Made by a program: the position numbers and the translations under genes. The notes below the pieces were generated by a model. The model saw only the letters and a program-made list of their open reading frames with translations, did not search any database and had not been told where the DNA came from. A DNA stretch of 33,098 nt from Nemertoderma westbladi (taxonomy: Eukaryota; Animalia; Xenacoelomorpha), in assembly GCA_032718475.1 (NCBI GenBank), contig JAUCBJ010002637.1, positions 1 to 33,098 of the forward strand, in the 5' to 3' direction. This document shows positions 12,721 to 23,240 of this stretch, one piece after another. The number at the start of each line of letters is the position of its first letter. The stretch's first letter is position 1.

Positions 12721-15700
12721 CCACAGGGCACAGACACTAAGTTACGTTATTTACACATTGACTTGACGGCAGAAAGATCCACAGGGCACAGACACTAAGT
12801 TACGTTACTTACACATTGACTTGACGGCAGAAAGATCCACAGGGCACATAGACTAAGTTACGTTACTTACATTGACTTGGAGTACGGCAGAAAGATCCAC
12901 AGGGCACAGACGCTAAGTTACGTTACTTACATTGACTTGGAGTACGGCAGAAAGATCCACAGGGCACAGACACTAAAGTTACGTTACATACATTGACTTG
13001 GAGTACGGCAGAAAGCTCCACAGGGCACAGACACTAAGTTACGTTACTTACATTGACTTGGAGTACGGCAGAAAGATCCACAGGGCACAGACACTAAGTT
13101 ACGTTACTTACATTGACTTGGAGTACGGCAGAAAGATCCGCAGGGCACATAGACTAAGTTACGTTACTTACATTGACTTGGAGTACGGCAGAAAGATCCA
13201 CAGGGCACAGACACTAAGTTATGTTACATACATTGACTTGGAGTAAGGCAGAAAGATCCACAGGGCACAGACACTAAGTTACGTTACTTACATTGACTTG
13301 GAGTACGGCAGAAAGATCCACAGGGCACAGACACTAAGTTACGTTACTTACATTGACTTGGAGTACGGCAGAAAGATCCACAGGGCACAGACACTAAGTT
13401 ACGTTACTTACATTGACTTGGAGTACGGCAGAAAGATCCACAGGGCACAGACACTAAAGTTACGTTACATACATTGACTTGGAGTACGGCAGAAAGATCC
13501 ACAGGGCACAGACACTAAGTTACGTTACTTACATTGACTTGGAGTACGGCAGAAAGATCCACAGGGCACAGACACTAAGTTACGTTACTTACATTGACTT
13601 GGAGTATGGCAGAAAGATCCACAGGGCACAGACACTAAAGTTACGTTACATACATTGACTTGGAGTACGGCAGAAAGATCCACAGGGCACAGACACTAAG
13701 TTACGTTACTTACATTGACTTGGAGTACGGCAGAAAGATCCACAGGGCACAGACACTAAAGTTACGTTACATACATTGACCTGGAGTACGGCAGAAAGAT
13801 CCACAGGGCACAGACACTAAGTTACGTTACTTACATTGACTTGGAGTACGGCAGAAAGATCCACAGGGCACAGACACTAAGTTACGTTACTTACATTGTC
13901 TTGGAGTACGGCAGAAAGATCCACAGGGCACAGACACTAAGTTACGTTACTTACATTGACTTGGAGTACGGCAGAAAGATCCACAGGGCACAGAGACTAA
14001 GTTACGTTACTTACAATGACTTGGGGTACGCCAGAAAGATCCACAGGGCACAGAGACTAAGTTACGTTACTTACATTGACTTGGAGTACGGCAGAAACAT
14101 CCACAGGGCACAGACACTAAAGTTACGTTACATACATTGACTTGGAGTACGGCAGAAAGATCCACAGGGCACAGACACTAAGTTACGTTACTTACATTGT
14201 CTTGGAGTACGGCAGAAAGATCCACAGGGCACAGACACTAAGTTACGTTACTTACAATGACTTGGGGTACGCCAGAAAGATCCACAGGGCACAGAGACTA
14301 AGTTACGTTACTTACATTGACTTGGAGTACGGCAGAAACATCCACAGGGCACAGACACTAAAGTTACGTTACATACATTGACTTGGAGTACGGCAGAAAG
14401 ATCCACAGGGCACAGACACTAAGTTACGTTACTTACATTGTCTTGGAGTACGGCAGAAAGATCCACAGGGCACAGACACTAAGTTACGTTACTTACAATG
14501 ACTTGGGGTACGCCAGAAAGATCCACAGGGCACAGACACTAAAGTTACGTTACATACATTGACTTGACGGCAGAAAGATCCACAAGGCACAGACACTAAG
14601 TTACGTTACTTACATTGACTTGGAGTACGGCAGAAAGATCCACAGGGCACAGACACTAAAGTTACGTTACATACATTGACTTGACGGCAGAAAGATCCAC
14701 AAGGCACAGACACTAAGTTACGTTACTTACATTGACTTGGAGTACGGCAGAAAGATCCACAGGGCACAGAGATTAAGTTACGTTACTTACATTGACTTGG
14801 AGTACGGCAGAAACATCCACAGGGCACAGACACTAAAGTTACGTTACATACATTGACTTGGAGTACGGCAGAAAGATCCACAGGGCACAGACACTAAGTT
14901 ACGTTACTTACACATTGACTTGGAGTACGGCAGAAACATCCACAGGGCACAGACACTAAAGTTACGTTACATACATTGACTTGGAGTACGGCAGAAAGAT
15001 CCACAGGGCACAGACACTAAAGTTACGTTACATACATTGACTTGACGGCAGAAAGATCCACAAGGCACAGACACTAAGTTACGTTACTTACATTGACTTG
15101 GAGTACGGCAGAAAGATACACAGGGCACAGAGATTAAGTTACGTTACTTACATTGACTTGGAGTACGGCAGAAATATCCACAGGGCACAGACACTAAGTT
15201 ACGTTACTTACATTGACTTGGAGTACGGCAGAAAGATCCACAGGGCACAGACACTAAGTTACGTTACTTACATTGACTTGGAGTACGGCAGAAAGATCCA
15301 CAGGGCACAGACACTAAGTTACGTTACTTACATTGACTTGGAGTACGGCAGAAAGATCCACAGGGCACAGACACTAAGTTACGTTACTTACATTGACTTG
15401 GAGTACGGCAGAAAGATACACAGGGCACAGACACTAAGTTACCTTACTTACATTGACTTGGAGTACGGCAGAAAGATCCACAGGGCACAGACACTAAGTT
15501 ACGTTACTTACACATTGACTTGGAGTACGGCAGAAAGATCCACAGGGCACAGACACTAAGTTACGTTACTTACATTGACTTGGAGTACGGCAGAAAGATC
15601 CACAGGGCACAGACACTAAGTTACGTTACTTACACATTGACTTGGAGTACGGCAGAAAGATCCACAGGGCACAGACACTAAGTTACGTTACTTACACATT

Positions 15701-16995
15701 GACTTGGAGTACGGCAGAAAGATCCACAGGGCACAGACACTAAGTTACGTTACTTACATTGACTTGGAGTACGGCAGAAAGATCCACAGGGCACAGACAC
15801 TAAGTTACGTTACTTACATTGACTTGGAGTACGGCAGAAAGATCCACAGGGCACAGACACTAAGTTACGTTACTTACATTGACTTGGAGTACGGCAGAAA
15901 AATCCACAGGGCACATACACTAAGTTACGTTACTTACATTGACTTGGAGTACGGCAGAAAGATCCACAGGGCACAGACACTAAGTTACGTTACTTACATT
16001 GACTTGGAGTACGGCAGAAAGATCCACAGGGCACAGACACTAAGTTACGTTACTTACATTGACTTGGAGTACGGCAGAAAGATCCACAGGGCACAGACAC
16101 TAAGTTACGTTACTTACATTGACTTGGAGTACGGCAGAAAGATCCACAGGGCACAGACACTAAGTTACGTTACTTACATTGACTTGGAGTACGGCAGAAA
16201 GATCCACAGGGCACAGACACTAAGTTACGTTACTTACATTGACTTGGAGTACGGCAGAAAGATCCACAGGGCACAGACACTAAGTTACGTTACTTACATT
16301 GACTTGGAGTACGGCAGAAAGATCCACAGGGCACAGACACTAAGTTACGTTACTTACATTGACTTGGAGTACGGCAGAAAGATCCACAGGGCACAGACAC
16401 TAAGTTACGTTACTTACATTGACTTGGAGTACGGCAGAAAGATCCACAGGGCACAGACACTAAGTTACGTTACTTACATTGACTTGGAGTACGGCAGAAA
16501 GATCCACAGGGCACAGACACTAAGTTACGTTACTTACATTGACTTGGAGTACGGCAGAAAGATCCACAGGGCACAGACACTAAGTTACGTTACTTACATT
16601 GACTTGGAGTACGGCAGAAAGATCCACAGGGCACAGACACTAAGTTACGTTACTTACATTGACTTGGAGTACGGCAGAAAGATCCACAGGGCACAGACAC
16701 TAAGTTACGTTACTTACATTGACTTGGAGTACGGCAGAAAGATCCACAGGGCACAGACACTAAGTTACGTTACTTACATTGACTTGGAGTACGGCAGAAA
16801 GATCCACAGGGCACAGACACTAAGTTACGTTACTTACATTGACTTGGAGTACGCCAGAAAGATCCACAGGGCACAGACACTAAGTTACGTTACTTACATT
16901 GACTTGGAGTACGGCAGAAAGATCCACAGGGCACAGAGACGTTGGTTACGTTGGTTACTTACATTAACTTGGGGTACGCCAGATGGATCCACAGA
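12721..16995. repeat. ~60-bp tandem minisatellite (about 70 copies) containing the exon end and GTAAGT donor of exon 17109-16963
   Basis: Unit GATCCACAGGGCACAGACACTAAGTTACGTTACTTACATTGACTTGGAGTACGGCAGAAA. Minus strand CTGTGGATCTTTCTGCCGTACTCCAAGTCAAT|GTAAGT versus exon CTGTGGATCCATCTGGCGTACCCCAAGTTAAT|GTAAGT. Confidence 0.97.
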
Positions 16996-17109
16996 TGACG
17001 TCATCCGATGAATTTCCTGCTGAATCTGATCGCAAGCTTCTTTTGTAGCTAAATTAATATCCTGAAGGATACACTCTAGTTTCACTGCTATATCCCAACT
17101 ATTAGTATC
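16963..17109 (-). CDS. Internal coding exon (147 nt) of the same unidentified gene: DTNSWDIAVKLECILQDINLATKEACDQIQQEIHRMTSSVDPSGVPQVN
   Basis: Acceptor ttctatgtttccag|GAT at 17110/17109, donor AAT|GTAAGT at 16963/16962. 49 codons, phase 0 at both ends, helical-looking peptide. Confidence 0.8.
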
Positions 17110-17296
17110 CTGGAAACATAGAAACCACAATGATTAAAAACAAATAATGTAGACCCAAATCACCAAGTCCGTGAATGGACACTACTGGTTGGAAGATACA
17201 CCAAAGGTCAGGAGATATACAGTCGTTCAACCAATTACTTATTCTCTAACGTCACTTATACCCCGTGTTAGGGTTGGGTGAGGGTCCTGGTTACAA

Positions 17297-19764
17297 GTTT
17301 ACTGGAGACATCGTACAACAGAACTGTAAGCCACCAGTAAACTGGAGACTTCGTACAACAGAACTGTAAGCCACCAGTAAACTGGGGACTTCGTATAACA
17401 GAACTGTAAGCCACCAGTAAACTGGAGACTTCGTACAACAGAACTGTAAGCCACCAGTAAACTCCGGACTTCGTACAACAGAACTGTAAGCCACCAGTAA
17501 ACTCCGCACTTCGTACAACAGAAGTGTAAGCCACCAGTAAACTGGAGACTTCGTACAACAGAACTGTAACCCACCAGTAAACTTGGGACTTCGTACAACA
17601 TAACTGTAAGCCACCAGTAAACTCCGCACTTCGTACAACAGAACTGTAAGCCACCAGTAAACTGGAGACTTCGTACAACAGAACTGTAAGCCACCAGTAA
17701 ACTGGGGACTTCGTACAACAGAACTGTAAGCCACCAGTAAACTCCGGACTTCGTACAACAGAACTGTAAGCCACCAGTAAACTCCGCACTTCGTACAACA
17801 GAACTGTAAGCCACCAGTAAACTGGAGACTTCGTACAACAGAACTGTAAGCCACCAGTAAACTCCGGACTTCGTACAACAGAACTGTAAGCCACCAGTAA
17901 ACTCCGCACTTCGTAGAACAGAAGTGTAACCCACCAGTAAACTGGGGACTTTGTACAACAGAACTGTAAGCCACCAGTAAACTTGGGACTTCGTACAACA
18001 TAACTGTAAGCCACCAGTAAACTCCGCACTTCGTACAACAGAACTGTAAGCCACCAGTAAACTCCGCACTTCGTACAACAGAACTGTAAGCCACCAGTAA
18101 ACTGGGGACTTTGTACAACAGAACTGTAAGCCACCAGTAAACTTGGGACTTCGTACAACATAACTGTAAGCCACCAATAAACTCCGCACTTCGTACAACA
18201 GAACTGTAAGCCACCAGTAAACTCCGAACTTCGTACAACAGAACTGTAAGCCACCAGTAAACTGGAGACTTCGTACAACAGAACTGTAACCCACCAGTAA
18301 ACTCAGGACTTCGTACAACATAACTGTAAGCCACCAGTAAACTGGGGACTTTGTACAACAGAACTGTAAGCCACCAGTAAACTTGGGACTTCGTACAACA
18401 TAACTGTAAGCCACCAGTAAACTCCGCACTTCGTACAACAGAAGTGTAACCCACCAGTAAACTCTGGACTTCGTACAACAGAACTGTAAGCCACCAGTAA
18501 ACTGGGGACTTTGTACAACAGAACTGTAAGCCACCAGTAAACTTGGGACTTCGTACAACATAACTGTAAGCCACCAGTAAACTCCGCACTTCGTACAACA
18601 GAAGTGTAAGCCACCAGTAAACTGGAGACTTCGTACAACAGAACTGTAACCCACCAGTAAACTCCGGACTTCGTACAACAGAACTGTAAGCCACCAGTAA
18701 ACTGGAGACATCGTACAACAGAACTGCAACCCACCAGTAAACTGGAGACTTCGTACAACATAACTGTAAGCCACCAGTAAACTGGAGACTTCGTACAACA
18801 GAACTGTAACCCACCAGTAAACTCCGGACTTCGTACAACAGAACTGTAAGCCACCAGTAAACTGGAGACTTCGTACAACAGAACTGTAACCCACCAGTAA
18901 ACTTGGGACTTCGTACAACATAACTGTAAGCCACCAGTAAACTCCGAACTTCGTACAACATAACTGTAAGCCACCAGTAAACTGGAGACTTCGTACAACA
19001 TAACTGTAAGCCACCAGTAAACTGGGGACTTTGTACAACAGAACTGAAAGCCACCAGTAAACTGGGGACTTCGTACAACATAACTGTAAGCCACCAGTAA
19101 ACTCCGGACTTCGTACAACAGAACTGTAAGCCACCAGTAAATTCCGAACCTCTTACAACAGAAATGTAAGCCTCCAGTAAACTGGGGACTTCGTACAACA
19201 TAACTGTAAGCCACCTGTAAACTCCAGACTTCGTACAACAGAACTGTAAGCCACCTGTAAACTCCAGACTTCGTACAACATAACTGTAAGCCACCAGTAA
19301 ACTGGGGACTTCGTACAACAGAACTGTAAGCCACCAGTAAACTGGGGACTTTGTACAACAGAACTGTAAGCCACCAGTAAACTGGAGACTTCGTACAACA
19401 GAACTGTAAGCCACCTGTAAACTCCAGACTTCGTACAGCAGAACTGTAAGCCACCAGTAAACTCCGAACTTCGCACAACAGAACTGCAAGCCACCAGTAA
19501 ACTGGGGACTTCGTACAACAGAACTGTGAGCCACCAGTAAACTCCGGACTTCGTACAACATAACTGTAAGCCACCAGTAAACTGGGGACTTCGTACAACA
19601 GAACTGTAAGCCACCAGTAAACTGGGGACTTTGTACAACAGAACTGTAAGCCACCAGTACACGTGGGACCTCGTACAACAGAACTGTAAGCCACCAGTAA
19701 ACTGGAGACTTCGTACAACAGAACTGTAAGCCACCAGTAAACTCCAGACTTCGTACAGCAGAAC
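17297..19764. repeat. 40-bp tandem minisatellite (about 62 copies, no indels)
   Basis: Unit ACT[GGAG/GGGG/CCGG/CCGC/TGGG...]ACTTCGTACAACAGAACTGTAAGCCACCAGTAA; the register is constant along the whole array. Confidence 0.98.
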
Positions 19765-19993
19765 ACGTTATGGCTTCTGACCCACCCAAAACCACACAAC
19801 CCTCGTATAATGAGACGGGTGGGGATGTTCAATTATAAATTTAGGGAAAGGAGCAGGTTACAGGGGTACCATATTCTAACCAAAACAATAAACCGAAGTC
19901 AATAGGACATGGTAGTTTTATTTTTTGGAAGTAACAGCTGTCATTTCGATTTTCCCCTGGTGGTGTGGGATGAATTTTCATTACGCCGAAAGT

Positions 19994-20279
19994 CCCCGCC
20001 GTATCCGAGTAAACCGCACAGTTCTGACTCGCATCCCCGCCGTTTCCGAGTAAACCTCACAGTTCTGACTCGCATCCCCGCCGTATCCGAGTAAACCTCA
20101 CAGTTCTGACTCGCATCCCCGCCGTATCCGAGTAAACCTCACAGTTCTGACTCGCATCCCCGCCGTTTCCGAGTAAACCTCACAGTTCTGACTCGCATCC
20201 CCGCCGTATCCGAGTAAACCTCACAGTTCTGACTCGCATCCCCGCCGTTTCCGAGTAAACCTCACAGTTCTGACTCGCA
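19994..20279. repeat. 41-bp tandem repeat (about 7 copies)
   Basis: Unit CCCCGCCGT(A/T)TCCGAGTAAACCTCACAGTTCTGACTCGCAT. Confidence 0.95.
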
Positions 20280-20620
20280 GTCTCTTGATGATTTCTTTGT
20301 GAGACGAAACTTACAGATTAGCTGAACAATATGATTGCATGCTCAGTATGGGTCACAAGTTGATTTTATATATTTTATATTGTTCGGAACATTTACCCTA
20401 CCGATAAAAATATTTCGTTTTCAATAAAACGTTTTCTTTCTATAAAAATCATATTTTATGAAAACTGAAAGTAAACTAAAATACGAAGACAATTAGCATG
20501 CAGGCCTATGTGATGTGAAAGTATAAAGAATAATTAGGATTTTATAAAACGCGAATTTTATTGTGGTCCTTTCATTATTATTTACATATTTAATTACAGT
20601 ATTTTCATTATATAAAAACC

Positions 20621-20674
20621 AACTACCGTTATATACATAATAATTATAACTACCGTTATATACATAATAATTAC
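20621..20674. repeat. 27-bp direct duplication
   Basis: aactaccgttatatacataataatta(t/c) x2. Confidence 0.85.
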
Positions 20675-21360
20675 AATAATACATTATTAAATTAATGTAT
20701 AAATTAAATGCAACTGCCAAGAATGATCACATATTAAACCGAAGTACTGTAGGTAGGTCCGCAGTAGTCCGGCCTATGTAAGTATATCCAATATAACCAT
20801 TAAAATATCACGGAATTAATTTACGTGCAAAAATAAAAAAGTCCTCTCAATAGAGACGGATGTTCAACGTCAATTTCAAACGAGTTTAAATTGAAGAGAA
20901 TAGATAAAAGTAAATTAAATTGTTAATTCAAACTCAGTAATGTCTTGAATTAATTGTTATGAGTACACAGTAACATATCATAGCAGATATTATGTAATAA
21001 TTAGAGTAATAATTCAGACCAGTAATCATTCACACAAGACCACTCACTACGAATAGACTACCGGTATCCATAAAAAATTTGTCAACTAAAACAAGCAAAA
21101 CAAAGTTGAAGGCATTTTGCACGCGCAGCTCAAACGTACGTATACATTCGTGGCAGTGAGCGAGAATTATAAAAGACAGTTGATTAATTAATAAAAAACG
21201 GAACATGAATTAATCATGTTATTGACTAACAGTTATTAATTAATAATCAGCATCTTCAATGTTACATAATTTGAAAATTACAACCACTTGAAAACACAAC
21301 TTGTATTAACTACATGAATACCAAGTCTACCCAATATTAAGATAAGTACTGCGACCTTCA

Positions 21361-21602
21361 AACCAATCAACGACTCTCAATCAGGGCTGTCCCAACCAAT
21401 CAACGACCCTCAATCAGGGCTGTCCCAACCAATCAACGACCCTCAATCAGGGCTGTCCCAACCAATCAACGATCCTCAATCAGGGCTGTCCGAGTGGCCA
21501 ATCAACGACCCTCAATCAGGGCTGTCCGAGTGGCAAATCAACGACCCTCAATCAGGGCTGTCCCAACCAATCAACGACCCTCAATCAGGGCTGTCCGAGT
21601 GG
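21361..21602. repeat. 33/36-bp tandem repeat (7 copies) spanning the UBXN10 stop codon and 3' UTR start
   Basis: Unit (AA)CCAATCAACGACCCTCAATCAGGGCTGTCC(C/GAGTGG); minus strand GAC AGC CCT GAT TGA is the last four codons plus stop. Confidence 0.93.
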
Positions 21603-23086
21603 CTATGAAGGTAAATCACAGACTTATCTGTGATCCGATAATCGTTCAACGTCTTATTCAAATCTGAAAGAATTCTCGAGGGAATATCTGCGGTCACAAA
21701 ATCGTGATGCTGGAAACGCATATCGGCTGTTTGTTCCGCGAATTCTAGAACGTTTCTAAGCGGGTCGTCGATGTGGAACAATCGTTGACAGCGCTGTCCA
21801 CTTGGCAACCGGATCGCCAACAGGATGTCGGAGACGGATTTGGGTTGCGATACGTCTATCCAGTCGATATCCGGTAAGTCGGAAGAATCCGAGTCCGTCG
21901 GAGTCGGGGCGTTTGGCGAGAGTACCTGGTAGTCACCGTAGTCTGTGATAGCGAAACCTTCTAGGTCCTGTAGGGAGTCCCGTCTGGGTTGCGAGTCTGG
22001 GGAGGGGAGTGGCAGCTCAGTTTGGTACGGTGGGTCAGTCTGGTACGATGGGTCTGGTTGGTACATTGGGTCTCTTTGATACATTTGGTCCGTTTGGTAC
22101 ATTGGATCCGTTTGGTACATTGGGTCTGTTTGGTACATTGGGTCTGTTTGATACATTCGGTCCGTTTGATACACTGGGTCTGTTTGGTACAGGTTTCCAG
22201 TGTGGTGTGGCGCTTCCGGTAGCGACCCAGAACGTCCGCCGATCCCCGGTAACGGCGCGTACCGACCCAACGACGACGAACCCTCCGGACGGAGTTGCGA
22301 AAGGATATCCAGGGTATCGTCGGTGGAGAGACGCCTCCTAGCGGAGGTTAATGGTCGCGGAACCACGCCGCTAGGGGGCGCGTAGGATGTGTCTACACGA
22401 GGTGCCTGCTGCGACATGCAATCCCGGGTGGAGGAACTGGTCGGATTGACGAGACGGGGAGCCTCGAAACGATCGAACCACGGAACCTCGTCGACGACGC
22501 GTTGCGTAGCAACCGTCGGACTTCGGGAAGCCATCTCGCGGTCGTTCTGCGCGAACTCCTCCTGTATCGGGGGTCTAGAACGTCGCCCTCGGGAGGTGCG
22601 AGGCCTTTCGGTTCCCTCGTAAGCGATCACCGTGGGAGCCTCGCTGGCCGACGGATCGGGCTGCTGCGAGTAGAAGATCTCCGCACCCAGGTTGAGATTC
22701 AGTGACTCATCGGTAGGTTTCGTCTCCCTGGGTGACGGTTTAGGCTTCGGTTGTACCTGTTTAGCCTGGATGGAACCGGTGAAGGTCTGTCGATTCGCTT
22801 TGCTCGAAACCACCGCCGTTTGAGGTTTCGCTCTGGGGGACTGGAAGTTTCTCGACGCGCCAGTTTGGTATGTTCTGCTAGTCGAGGAAACCGACGCGTT
22901 GGATAGACCCCGTCTGTACCCGTAGGTCGGGAGGGTCTGCTGGCCGCCTATTGGCCGTTGCTGCGGTGTCCTGGAACTGGGTTGCTGTCCGGCCATCCCA
23001 CCAGGTTTACCATTCGGATTCTCTATTTGTTGGCGTTTCTCGCTTCCTCTACTGGTACGTGGACGATTGTCCATCGTAGTGGCCAT
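21581..23086 (-). CDS. UBXN10: UBX domain-containing protein 10-like (p97/VCP adaptor linked to ciliogenesis), single coding exon, 501 aa
   Basis: C-terminal UBX domain (LLAIRLPSGQRCQRLFHIDDPL...IPSRILSDLNKTLNDYRITDKSVIYL). Motifs RPRTSRGRRSRP and SSSLGRYAPLPGI resemble human UBXN10 RPKSAKGRTRP and SSSLNKYPVLPSI (recalled from memory). Long disordered N-terminus. Confidence 0.85.
   Translation of the reverse strand: MATTMDNRPRTSRGSEKRQQIENPNGKPGGMAGQQPSSRTPQQRPIGGQQTLPTYGYRRGLSNASVSSTSRTYQTGASRNFQSPRAKPQTAVVSSKANRQTFTGSIQAKQVQPKPKPSPRETKPTDESLNLNLGAEIFYSQQPDPSASEAPTVIAYEGTERPRTSRGRRSRPPIQEEFAQNDREMASRSPTVATQRVVDEVPWFDRFEAPRLVNPTSSSTRDCMSQQAPRVDTSYAPPSGVVPRPLTSARRRLSTDDTLDILSQLRPEGSSSLGRYAPLPGIGGRSGSLPEAPHHTGNLYQTDPVYQTDRMYQTDPMYQTDPMYQTDPMYQTDQMYQRDPMYQPDPSYQTDPPYQTELPLPSPDSQPRRDSLQDLEGFAITDYGDYQVLSPNAPTPTDSDSSDLPDIDWIDVSQPKSVSDILLAIRLPSGQRCQRLFHIDDPLRNVLEFAEQTADMRFQHHDFVTADIPSRILSDLNKTLNDYRITDKSVIYLHSHSDSPD
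22010..22189 (-). repeat. Coding 18-bp repeat, 10 x YQTDPM-like hexapeptide
   Basis: YQTDPV YQTDRM YQTDPM x3 YQTDQM YQRDPM YQPDPS YQTDPP YQTELP in the ORF. Confidence 0.95.
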
Positions 23087-23209
23087 AGTCCATCGTCAAT
23101 TAAACGCGCCACAGTGTTTAATATGCCTTCACGTCTGCTATTTCTAATTCAAGTCAAATATCTATTTCAGTTTTGGCAGCTACAAATCTTCCTACTTAAA
23201 AGCGTCTTA

Positions 23210-23240
23210 ATCACCATAGCAACTAGCGGCTGATTGGCAA
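23210..23240 (-). promoter_or_regulatory. Candidate RFX X-box plus CCAAT box upstream of UBXN10
   Basis: Minus strand GTTGCTATGGTGAT (23223-23210) is close to the X-box consensus GTYNCYATRGNAAC. CCAATCAG lies at 23237-23230, about 125-150 nt 5' of the ATG of a cilia-associated gene. Confidence 0.55.

Noticed and set aside
12998-17011. Plus-strand ORFs of repeated EYGRKIHRAQTLSYVTYIDL
   Set aside because: Translation of a 60-bp unit, antisense to the supported gene, broken by frequent indels and starting at TTG.
1-19764. CRISPR array interpretation of the 35-60 bp repeats
   Set aside because: Units are head-to-tail with no unique spacers, there are no cas genes, and the context is eukaryotic.
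17268-19832. Long overlapping ORFs (336-834 aa) as stand-alone protein genes
   Set aside because: All three minus frames give the same rotating 40-aa peptide because the 40-bp unit lacks stops; no domain or independent gene structure. Kept only as a possible intron-retention curiosity.
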